Of a stretch of DNA of 56,162 nt, positions 19,763 through 27,241 are shown piece after piece; the stretch's first letter is position 1; each line of letters opens with the position of its first letter. Source of the stretch: a virus. The notes below the pieces were generated by a model. That model was not told the DNA's origin and searched no databases. It was given only the letters and a program-made list of their open reading frames with translations. The stretch is taken from IMG/VR virus record IMGVR_UViG_3300045988_083024. One strand, given 5' to 3'. Both the position numbers and the translations under genes were made by a program.

Positions 19763-21003
19763 TGGCTACTAAGAAAAATGCTGCTGCGGCTCAAGCCGCT
19801 ACCGAGGACGAAGCCATGACCACGGCAGAGGTCAGCACTCAGGCGGATGAGGTCGCAGAACCTATTCTGCTGGATAACACATTCAAGGATACCATGAACC
19901 AGACCAATGCACTGCTGGCTGCTATCGCAGGTCAGAACTACCCGATCACCAGCTGGAAAGCCGTGCAGAACATCGTCCGGCTGGGCCTTGCTCCTAGCGT
20001 GTTCTCTGTGGGCGATCTGTTCAAGGTCAGCAAGGGTTCCGAAACCCTGACCTTTGAGGTCGCTGGTTTCGATAGTGAAACTCTGGTGGACAAAACCAAG
20101 AAACACAGTATGCAGCTCCATCTGCTGAACGTCTACAAGCAGATGCAGTGCGACAACACCGAGGCCCTGTATTATACCAAGGACGGTCTGGCCGCTGGCA
20201 TTTACCACTTCACCCTGTTGCCCGGTTATGATACCACCTATGGCGGCGGTTCTACGTTCCAGTTCCAGCTGACCAAGCCCGTTCCCGCTGGTGGCATTCT
20301 GATGTTCCCGTGGGGCTGGAATACGCAGGCCAGCACTACCAAGATCAGCAGCTACACCAAGGTGACGGACACGGATGCAATCGAAACCGTGCCCGTTTCT
20401 CTGGGCGCGGGCGGCACTGATCTGGGCACGGCAGACGGCAAGACCGAGAACATGAACCATACGCACCGCATCCGCTACGGCTCCAACAACTGGAGCGAAT
20501 CTGCAATCCGTCAGTGGCTCAACTCTGATGGCGCGGCTGGTACGTTCTGGGTTCCCAAGACCGTTTTTGACCGTCCTCCCACATGGAATAGCTCTATGAC
20601 GGGCTGGATGAACGGCATGGATGCTGACTTCCTCGAAGTCATCGCTCCGGTCAAGCTGACTACCGCCCGGAACAATGTCAACGAGAACGGCGGCAGCGAT
20701 GTGACCATCGACAAGTTCTATTTCCCCTCCCGCCCGAACCTGTACATGGGCAAGGAAAACGGCATTGACGAAGGCCCCGAATGGCAGCGTTATTCCGCTT
20801 ACAGCGACAAGGATACCGTCAATACTGGCGCGGATTCTGCCCGCATCAAGCGGCTGAACGGCAATCCGCAGTGGTACTGGATCAGAACGCCGGGCACTGG
20901 CAGCGCGAACTATGTGCGCAGTGTCAACTCTGACGGTTCTCTGAACACCAACATTGCGAACAGCGGCAATGGCGGCGTGGCCCCGGATTGTACCATCGCT
21001 TAA
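19762..21003 (+). CDS. DGR target protein 1 (putative receptor-binding protein with a C-type-lectin-like variable C-terminus)
   Basis: Last tail gene. The C-terminus WIRTPGTGSANYVRSVNSDGSLNTNIANSGNGGVAPDC is encoded by VR1. Confidence 0.8.
   Translation: MATKKNAAAAQAATEDEAMTTAEVSTQADEVAEPILLDNTFKDTMNQTNALLAAIAGQNYPITSWKAVQNIVRLGLAPSVFSVGDLFKVSKGSETLTFEVAGFDSETLVDKTKKHSMQLHLLNVYKQMQCDNTEALYYTKDGLAAGIYHFTLLPGYDTTYGGGSTFQFQLTKPVPAGGILMFPWGWNTQASTTKISSYTKVTDTDAIETVPVSLGAGGTDLGTADGKTENMNHTHRIRYGSNNWSESAIRQWLNSDGAAGTFWVPKTVFDRPPTWNSSMTGWMNGMDADFLEVIAPVKLTTARNNVNENGGSDVTIDKFYFPSRPNLYMGKENGIDEGPEWQRYSAYSDKDTVNTGADSARIKRLNGNPQWYWIRTPGTGSANYVRSVNSDGSLNTNIANSGNGGVAPDCTIA
20888..20991 (+). repeat. DGR variable repeat 1 (VR1)
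   Basis: 104 nt align gap-free to TR 21522-21625. All 8 mismatches are at TR adenines. Confidence 0.9.
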
Positions 21004-21013
21004 TCTTACCAAT

Positions 21014-21031
21014 CCGCGCCGACAGGCGCGG
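21014..21031 (+). promoter_or_regulatory. Hairpin downstream of VR1 (ccgcgcc-GACA-ggcgcgg)
   Basis: 7-bp GC stem with a 4-nt GACA loop, 22 nt after VR1. A similar hairpin with the same loop follows VR2. Confidence 0.7.
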
Positions 21032-21067
21032 ACATTCAGTTAATCTAACGTAAAGGATGAATCTATT

Positions 21068-21631
21068 ATGGCAGTAGTCGCAGGAAAACGTAAAGACGGA
21101 GAACTGAAATTCCTTACCACCAGCGCACAGCTGGCCAAGTACACGATGGATATTTGTGGCAACGAAAAAAGTTTTCCGAAAAGATACCGCTGGTGTTTTA
21201 TCGGAAAAATCGTTGATGCCGCGATTGAAGTCTTTGTGGTGGCGTTCAGAGCGAACAAAGTCTACGTTGAACCCGGCGACATGGATGCTGCTATGCGGCG
21301 TTTCAATCTCCAGTCCGAATCCATTGAAGCCTCCTACCAGCTCGAAGCACTGGCGAATCTGGCATACATGATGTTCGGACTGGAAGAAAGCCGCATCGAG
21401 TTCTGGACGAAACTCATCAATGAGAGCCGCAACAAGCTGAGAAGCTGGCGAAAGTCCGATAAAGAACGATTCATCGACCCTTATGATACAAATAACGGGG
21501 TAACGGCTATGATGCAGCCTCCGCCGAACACTGGCAACGCGAACAATGTGCGCAATGTCAACTCTGACGGTTCTCTGAACAACAACAATGCGAACAACGG
21601 CAATGGCGGCGTGGCCCCGGATTGTGAGTAA
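21068..21631 (+). CDS. avd: DGR accessory variability determinant (Avd); the ORF stays open through the TR
   Basis: Helical basic protein between target and RT (KYTMDICGNEKSFPKRYRW..., LEALANLAYMMF). The Avd-like part probably ends near 21480. Confidence 0.7.
   Translation: MAVVAGKRKDGELKFLTTSAQLAKYTMDICGNEKSFPKRYRWCFIGKIVDAAIEVFVVAFRANKVYVEPGDMDAAMRRFNLQSESIEASYQLEALANLAYMMFGLEESRIEFWTKLINESRNKLRSWRKSDKERFIDPYDTNNGVTAMMQPPPNTGNANNVRNVNSDGSLNNNNANNGNGGVAPDCE
21522..21625 (+). repeat. DGR template repeat (TR)
   Basis: Asn-codon rich (aac/aat), 29 adenines. Matches VR1 and VR2 except at adenines, with one T>G exception in VR2. Confidence 0.9.
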
Positions 21632-21789
21632 TGCGAGAAAGTAGTAAGTTGTGCCTATTCTGAAAAGGCCCTCCGAACCGAGTGCGCTCACACAAGGAGC
21701 CGTTATCCCAGCCGATAAAGGCGAAAACAGAACGCCGATGCTGTCAGCTTTAAGAGCTGGTACAGCTATACACGGCGGATTTTTTATGT
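21522..21789 (+). ncRNA. DGR RNA (TR plus spacer region up to the RT start)
   Basis: 164-nt non-coding spacer between TR and RT. It contains an interrupted hairpin at 21740-21766 (gctgtcagct/agctg..acagc). Confidence 0.55.
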
Positions 21790-22884
21790 ATGGACGTAAA
21801 AACCAAAGTTTGCAGTTTTGAATCACTCTATAAAGCAATGATGATCTGCAAGTCAAATGTGCTGTGGAAAGACAGCGTAGCGGGATGGGTCAGTAATGGC
21901 TTGTCCAACTGCCTGAAACTGCACGATGACTTGTTGACGGGCAAGTACAAAATCAGTGCGTACAGCCGTTTCGTGATCTATGAGCCGAAACGCCGCGATG
22001 TCACAAGCACCCGGTTCAAGGATCGGGTTTTCCAGCGCAGCCTGTGCGACAACTATCTAACGGCAGAGGTATCCCGTTCCTTTATATGGGATAACGCCGC
22101 CTGCATGAACGACAAGGGCACACAGTTTGCACGGAAAAGGCTGAAATGTCATCTGCAACGCTACTGGCGCAAGTACGGATTGAACGGCTACACGCTGAAA
22201 ATGGACTTGCACAATTTCTTCGGCAGCACACCGCATTCCGTGGTGAAAGCCGCCATCGCAAAGCGCGTATCTGATCCGTGGGCATATAGCGAGGTTTGCC
22301 GGATCATAGACAGTTTTGACCACGGGCCTGATCCTACGGTGGGCATGGGGCTGGGCAGTCAGGTAACACAGCTAAGTCAATTAGCTGTACTGGATGACCT
22401 AGACCATTTCATCAAGGAGCAGCTTCACATCAAGTTCTATGTGCGGTACATGGATGATCTCATCCTATTGCACCCGGATAAGGCGTACTTGCGGTATTGC
22501 TGGATGGAGATAGAAAAGCGGCTGCAAGCTCTGGGGCTTACGTTGAATACCCGCAAAACTCAGATAGCACCCATCAAACAGCCCATCCGTTTTCTGGGCT
22601 TCTCGTTCCGCCTGACCGAGACCGGCAAGGTAGTGCAAAAGCTACTGCCGGAAAAGGTCAGCAGAGAACGCCGCAAGCTGCGAAAACTGGTCGGGCTGGC
22701 ACGGGCGGGCATTATGACACGGGAACACGTTGATGACTGTTTCCAAAGCTGGAAAGCCCACGCCGAGCAGGGCGATTGCTACCATCTGATTTGCGAGATG
22801 ACCGTTTACTACTTTAAGTTATGGGAGGAAAGCTATGGCATTCCAGTATGTTCCGCTGGCAAAGCAGGCAATCGAGCTGCGTAA
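21790..22884 (+). CDS. DGR reverse transcriptase
   Basis: YEPKRRDV, GLGSQVTQLSQ and the YMDD box (FYVRYMDDLILL). 364 aa, directly after the TR. Confidence 0.9.
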   Translation: MDVKTKVCSFESLYKAMMICKSNVLWKDSVAGWVSNGLSNCLKLHDDLLTGKYKISAYSRFVIYEPKRRDVTSTRFKDRVFQRSLCDNYLTAEVSRSFIWDNAACMNDKGTQFARKRLKCHLQRYWRKYGLNGYTLKMDLHNFFGSTPHSVVKAAIAKRVSDPWAYSEVCRIIDSFDHGPDPTVGMGLGSQVTQLSQLAVLDDLDHFIKEQLHIKFYVRYMDDLILLHPDKAYLRYCWMEIEKRLQALGLTLNTRKTQIAPIKQPIRFLGFSFRLTETGKVVQKLLPEKVSRERRKLRKLVGLARAGIMTREHVDDCFQSWKAHAEQGDCYHLICEMTVYYFKLWEESYGIPVCSAGKAGNRAA

Positions 22885-23026
22885 CACCGCCGCCGATGCT
22901 CACGCCAAAGCCGCCACGAACGAGGCGAATCTGTATTTCGCCGCGATGATGGCGGGTATTGATCTGCCCGAAGATGAGGCCGAAAATGGCCCCGAAAACG
23001 GTATGGAGGTGGATAACAATGTCTGA
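22835..23026 (+). CDS. Hypothetical small protein
   Basis: 63 aa, overlaps the RT 3' end, precedes the XkdX-like ORF. Confidence 0.4.
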   Translation: MAFQYVPLAKQAIELRNTAADAHAKAATNEANLYFAAMMAGIDLPEDEAENGPENGMEVDNNV

Positions 23027-23165
23027 TATTGAACACAGCAAGGACTTTGACAAGATCAAGAGATGGTATGACAACGGCCTGTGGAAGGTCAAGCACGTTC
23101 GCGCCGCTGTCGGTAAGAAGATCACCGCCGATGAGTTCAAGGAGATCACGGGCGAGGACTACTAA
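23019..23165 (+). CDS. xkdX: XkdX-family small phage protein
   Basis: MSDIEHSKDFDKIKRWYDNGLWKVKHVRAAVGKKITADEFKEITG is a typical XkdX pattern. Confidence 0.6.
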   Translation: MSDIEHSKDFDKIKRWYDNGLWKVKHVRAAVGKKITADEFKEITGEDY

Positions 23166-23198
23166 GCCCCCGCGCCGTGCTGAAAGGAGGTGCATAGT

Positions 23199-23855
23199 AT
23201 GGCAATTATCGACTTTGCACGGGATGACCCGCGCATGATTACTGCCAATTTTGGGCTGGCCGAGTTCCAGTGCCCGCCTACCTGTGGCTGCAATGCCCAG
23301 CTGATTGATGATGACCTCATCAAGCGGCTCCAGACCATCCGCGATAAACTGGGCGGCAAGATCAAGATTACCAGCGGATACCGCTGCATCAAGCACAATA
23401 AGCACGTTGGCGGCGGCAAAGCAAGCAAACATCTATATGGTGTTGCTGCTGACTGGCGGATGCAGGATCGTAGCATCAACCCGGTAGCACTGGGCATTGT
23501 GGCTACACGGTATTTTGGAGCCGTGGGCATCTACTGGTATGGCAATTCCGCCTTTGTCCATACCGATACCCGCAAGGGCAAGGCAACATGGCTCTGCACC
23601 GCTAAGGGCAAGTACGTTTATACGAGTTACCGTTCTTTCATTCTGCCCACGATCAAAAAGGGCTGTACGGGAGATGTCAACAAGTCCGCAACTCAGATGA
23701 TCCAGCGGCTGCTGGGCATCCCTGTGGATGGTAACTTTGGTATCGGTACAGAAAACGCCCTGCGGAAAGCTCAGGCGGCGCATGGGCTGACCGTGGATGG
23801 AATTTGTGGCCCCGCCAGCTGGAGAGCGATTTCCGGGGCGGATAAGTACCTGTAA
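23199..23855 (+). CDS. Endolysin: M15-type peptidase plus peptidoglycan-binding domain
   Basis: ITSGYRC..HN..VGG...SKHLYGVAADW, then a C-terminal PG-binding repeat (LLGIPVDGNFGIGTENALRKAQAAHGLTVDGICG). AGGAGG RBS. Confidence 0.8.
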   Translation: MAIIDFARDDPRMITANFGLAEFQCPPTCGCNAQLIDDDLIKRLQTIRDKLGGKIKITSGYRCIKHNKHVGGGKASKHLYGVAADWRMQDRSINPVALGIVATRYFGAVGIYWYGNSAFVHTDTRKGKATWLCTAKGKYVYTSYRSFILPTIKKGCTGDVNKSATQMIQRLLGIPVDGNFGIGTENALRKAQAAHGLTVDGICGPASWRAISGADKYL

Positions 23856-23862
23856 GGAGGGT

Positions 23863-24339
23863 ATGATGGAGGAGAACTTTTACAAGACCAAAGCGATTCT
23901 GTGCGCTTTGGTCGGGGCCGTTACGGGGTATCTGGGCGATCTGGCTATCCCGTTTTATCTGCTGGTGTTGTGCAACATCATCGACTATGCAACGGGTGTC
24001 ACCGCTGCACCGTACCGCTCTATCCGGCGCAGTAGCTACCGCTCCTTTCTGGGCATTCTCAAAAAGGTTATGCAGTGGCTGCTGGTGCTGGTGGGCTGGA
24101 TCATGGATCAGCTGATTACTTATCTTTCTTCCGGCGTGGGCTGGAACCTGAATGACAGCGTGGTCGTGGCCTGCGTGGTCTGCGTATGGTTGATGTGCAA
24201 CGAAATCATCAGCATCATCGAAAATCTGTCTGACATCGGCGTGAAAATCCCGCCGTTCCTCATCCCGCTGGTCGATTTCGTCAAGCGCACCACTGAGGAA
24301 AAGGGGGATTCCGCCGCTGGTAACTCCAAGGAGGGTTAA
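23863..24339 (+). CDS. Holin (multi-TM)
   Basis: Several TM segments and NEIISIIENLSDIGVKIP. Directly after the endolysin gene. Confidence 0.7.
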   Translation: MMEENFYKTKAILCALVGAVTGYLGDLAIPFYLLVLCNIIDYATGVTAAPYRSIRRSSYRSFLGILKKVMQWLLVLVGWIMDQLITYLSSGVGWNLNDSVVVACVVCVWLMCNEIISIIENLSDIGVKIPPFLIPLVDFVKRTTEEKGDSAAGNSKEG

Positions 24340-24341
24340 TT

Positions 24342-24734
24342 ATGGATTGGACTACTTTCTTCAAGGATATTTGTCTGGCTTTTGTGCCTGTCGTGGGTCT
24401 GTTTGCGTGTACCGCACTGCACAGCATCGCGGATTATTTCGTGGGCAAAACCAACGATACCACCACCCAGAAGTATATCCGTGAGATCGAGGATGCCATC
24501 ATCAAAGCGGTTCGGACGGTGGCACAGACCTACACGAAGAAGCTGAAAGCGCAGAACGCATTCGGCGAGGCGGAGGAAAAGATTGCAAACCGCAAGGCCA
24601 TCGAGGTGGCCCGTGCATCCCTGTCCTCTGGGGCGGTCAGTTACATCTCCAAGACCTACGGCGATGTTGACACGTTCCTGTCTAACGGCATCGAATCCAC
24701 CCTGAACGCCATCAAGGACGCAAAGAAGAACTGA
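24342..24734 (+). CDS. N-terminally anchored membrane protein (LL-H holin-like)
   Basis: One N-terminal TM helix, then a helical Lys/Ala-rich domain. Last gene of the lysis cassette. Confidence 0.45.
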   Translation: MDWTTFFKDICLAFVPVVGLFACTALHSIADYFVGKTNDTTTQKYIREIEDAIIKAVRTVAQTYTKKLKAQNAFGEAEEKIANRKAIEVARASLSSGAVSYISKTYGDVDTFLSNGIESTLNAIKDAKKN

Positions 24735-24740
24735 GCATCT

Positions 24741-24780
24741 GCCCCCGGTGAGCCTAACCAGCCCGCCGGGGGCTTTTTCT
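24741..24780 (+). terminator. Rho-independent terminator ending the late operon
   Basis: Stem gcccccgg/ccgggggc, then TTTTT. Confidence 0.7.
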
Positions 24781-24785
24781 GTTTT

Positions 24786-25030
24786 CCTAACATTCCGCCT
24801 AACATTTCGCCTAACGTCTAACGTCCGTGTTAGAATCGCGTCTAACAGCTAACATTTTTGTTATGACGTGTGTTAGGTGCGCTTTTTAACGGTGAATCGT
24901 TTTATTGTTTGCACCCTAACATTCTAACATCATTTTGTAAAAAAATTCAAATCTTACTAATTAGGGAAAACACCTAATGCCTGTGATGCCTAAATTCGTA
25001 TATCTATACGCGCGGGCGCGTGAGATGTTA
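24786..25030. repeat. Iteron-like block A: 10 copies of YCTAACR (both orientations) plus a conserved CCTAAT/CGCGC-palindrome tail
   Basis: Copies at 24786, 24798, 24810, 24817, 24828(inv), 24841, 24848, 24871(inv), 24915, 24923. The tail 24959-25030 is about 75% identical to 52692-52764. Confidence 0.75.
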
Positions 25031-25066
25031 TTGAGCAGAAAACTAAACAAAATACCCGCTTTCCTA

Positions 25067-25095
25067 TTGACATGAGCAGAAAAATGAACTATAAT
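25067..25095 (+). promoter_or_regulatory. Consensus sigma-70-type promoter (TTGACA-17-TATAAT)
   Basis: tattgacatgagcagaaaaatgaa is identical over 24 nt to the early promoter at 39778-39801. It is flanked by GAGCAGAAAA-type repeats at 25033, 25074 and 25116. Confidence 0.75.
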
Positions 25096-25140
25096 CACGT
25101 CAGAGCCTCGTGATTGAGCAAAAAATTAAACGAAAGGAAG

Positions 25141-25353
25141 ATGACCATGCTGTTCTACCGCCTCATGTGCTTATGGATGCCGGAATACCATGCCCGGTGT
25201 CTGGCACAGTTCCCGGACACGATGCTGTTTCTGGTTCTGCTGTTTCTGTCGCTGTGCGCACTGTACTATTATAGTCCGTTTCAGCGCACCTATCCGCTGG
25301 ATCGGCTGCTGAACGATGCAGCCCGCTGGCTGGATAAGGTGTTTCTGGAATGA
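25141..25353 (+). CDS. Small hydrophobic protein
   Basis: MTMLFYRLMCLWMP...LFLVLLFLSLCALYYY. RBS AAAGGAAG. First gene after the promoter. Confidence 0.5.
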   Translation: MTMLFYRLMCLWMPEYHARCLAQFPDTMLFLVLLFLSLCALYYYSPFQRTYPLDRLLNDAARWLDKVFLE

Positions 25354-26075
25354 TGCCGCCGTACAAGAACAGCGAGTATTACACCGATTGGACGGCTTAC
25401 AAGGCCATTCAAAATATAGAAAGGAAGTCTACCATGCTTATTTCATCTGTAAAGAATCCTCTCCCCGGTCAGGTGTACGAAACTACCTCGACCAACGGCA
25501 ACACTTTCACCGTGCTGGTGCTGGCTGCATCTCAGGATGATACCGTCAGCACTACCCGCGTCTACGATCAGCCCCGGCTCATCAACAGCCAAAACATCCG
25601 GGTGAACAATCGCATGATGTACATTGACCCGTCCAAGATGGGCTTTGCCCAGAACGCAAACCTGATGGGCCTGATTGGTACGCTGCCGCCGGAAGATATG
25701 ATTAAGGTTCGCCGCGCTATGGTGTCCATCTACAATCTGGGTACGGCTGCGGCAGACATTCCCGCTATCCCGGATGCTCCTGTCGTGGAAAAGCCCGTGG
25801 ACAAGGTGGAAAACAACGACAAGACCCGCATTAACGCTCTGGAAAAGGAACTGGCCGAAACCAAGGCGCAGGCAGAGCAGTACAAGCAGGAAAGCGATGA
25901 ATATGCGGAAAAAATTGAATTTGCGAACGCTGACCGTGATCTGGCTAAGGACTTTCTGAAAGACGCGCAGGATCAGATGGAAAGCTTGAAAAAGGAAATC
26001 GCGGCCATCACTGCCGAATCCGCTACCTATTCTAAGCTGCTCCATGAGCTGCTGGACAAGCTCATGCAGAAATAA
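25350..26075 (+). CDS. Hypothetical protein with a C-terminal coiled-coil
   Basis: 241 aa. ATGA overlap with the previous ORF (alternative start at 25434). The C-terminal 90 aa are heptad-rich. Confidence 0.55.
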   Translation: MMPPYKNSEYYTDWTAYKAIQNIERKSTMLISSVKNPLPGQVYETTSTNGNTFTVLVLAASQDDTVSTTRVYDQPRLINSQNIRVNNRMMYIDPSKMGFAQNANLMGLIGTLPPEDMIKVRRAMVSIYNLGTAAADIPAIPDAPVVEKPVDKVENNDKTRINALEKELAETKAQAEQYKQESDEYAEKIEFANADRDLAKDFLKDAQDQMESLKKEIAAITAESATYSKLLHELLDKLMQK

Positions 26076-26095
26076 TAACATTTGGAGGTTTTACC

Positions 26096-26665
26096 ATGGA
26101 TTACGAAAGCATTCAGAATCTTCACGCGGGCGACCACTTCAACTTTAAGGGGCTGGAGTGGGTAGTCCTCGACCCGGACAAGGAGGGCGGCGTTCTCGCC
26201 ATCACCGCTGACCTCTGGGCTGAGGATGTGCCGTTCAGTCAGGAGTATTTCGAGGGCTGCAACGACTGGCGCAAGTCCACTATCCGCGAGAAAGTTCGCG
26301 GGCTGATGCACAAGATCGGCGTGGATAATCTGCTGCCGCACATTGTCGATCTGGTGGCCGATAACGGCGATAAGCTGTACGGCACGATGGAGGAAATGGT
26401 TTTCCTGCTGACCTGTGACGAGTATCGCAAATACCGCGATGTGATCCCCAAGTACCGCCGCTGGATTTGGACGTGTACCCCGTGGACTACAACGTACACT
26501 GGCTACGCGAGCTATGTGCGCCTTGTCAGCGCTGACGGTTCTCTGTACAACAACCTTGCGAACTACGGCATTGGCGGCGTGGCCCCGGCTTGCATCTTCA
26601 ATCCCCGGAATCTCAAATTGCGCCGACAGGCGCAGTTCGTGGAATCGCCTACACATGACGATTGA
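26096..26665 (+). CDS. DGR target protein 2 (small, 189 aa, no signal peptide)
   Basis: WTCTPWTTTYTGYASYVRLVSADGSLYNNLANYGIGGVAPAC is encoded by VR2. Upstream NDWRKSTIREKV and FLLTCDEY resemble target 1 (NNWSESAIRQWL, FYFPSRPN). Confidence 0.8.
   Translation: MDYESIQNLHAGDHFNFKGLEWVVLDPDKEGGVLAITADLWAEDVPFSQEYFEGCNDWRKSTIREKVRGLMHKIGVDNLLPHIVDLVADNGDKLYGTMEEMVFLLTCDEYRKYRDVIPKYRRWIWTCTPWTTTYTGYASYVRLVSADGSLYNNLANYGIGGVAPACIFNPRNLKLRRQAQFVESPTHDD
26493..26592 (+). repeat. DGR variable repeat 2 (VR2)
   Basis: 100 nt align gap-free to TR 21525-21624 with 14 mismatches. 13 are at TR adenines; one is T>G at TR 21563. Confidence 0.85.
26619..26634 (+). promoter_or_regulatory. Hairpin downstream of VR2 (tgcgcc-GACA-ggcgca)
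   Basis: 6-bp stem with the same GACA loop as at 21014-21031, 26 nt after VR2, inside the 3' end of the target ORF. Confidence 0.65.
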
Positions 26666-26680
26666 GCGGAGGATCAGCAC

Positions 26681-27241
26681 ATGAGAGATACATTTTGGAA
26701 AGTGATCGTCACCGTGGCCCTGATCGCGGTTCTGACCTTTGGTGTGGGTCTGTTCATTGTACAGGGCGTGAAGAATACTGCCATTTCCTACGAGGAACAG
26801 GTAGCCGCTGCCCAGTCTGATATTCAGGTGCAGGAAAAACGCCGCTCAGACCTCATCCCGAATCTGGTTGAAACGGTCAAGGCATACGACAAGCACGAAT
26901 ACGATACTCTTATGACCGTTATCGCGGCGCGTGGTAGCAGTTCCGATGCTGCCGTGTCTGAGATTACCACCCAGATTGCAGCCGTGGCAGAGGCTTACCC
27001 GGAACTGCAATCCGCTGACAACTATCGGGAGCTGATGAACGAGCTGGCAGTCACCGAAAATCTGATTGCGAATTACCGCTCTGACTATAACCGCACGGTC
27101 AAGAGTTATCGGCAATATGTTCGCCGTTTTCCCAATAGCACGTTTTTGAGCCTGACCGGGTATGAGGTACAAAGCTATGCGCTCTTATCGTTCAACGTAT
27201 CGGAGGATGCTCCGTCTGTCGGAAACCTCTTTGGAGATTAA
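26681..27241 (+). CDS. lemA: LemA-family membrane protein
   Basis: N-terminal TM, then QVQEKRRSDLIPNLVETVKAYDKHE and AEAYPELQSADNYRELMNEL..NYRSDYN. Confidence 0.8.
   Translation: MRDTFWKVIVTVALIAVLTFGVGLFIVQGVKNTAISYEEQVAAAQSDIQVQEKRRSDLIPNLVETVKAYDKHEYDTLMTVIAARGSSSDAAVSEITTQIAAVAEAYPELQSADNYRELMNELAVTENLIANYRSDYNRTVKSYRQYVRRFPNSTFLSLTGYEVQSYALLSFNVSEDAPSVGNLFGD

Noticed and set aside
24786-24929. Possible CRISPR array (many short repeats), here and at 52521-52764.
   Set aside because: The repeats are only 7-8 bp, irregularly spaced, in both orientations, and without spacer-sized unique intervals. They fit iterons or binding sites, not CRISPR.
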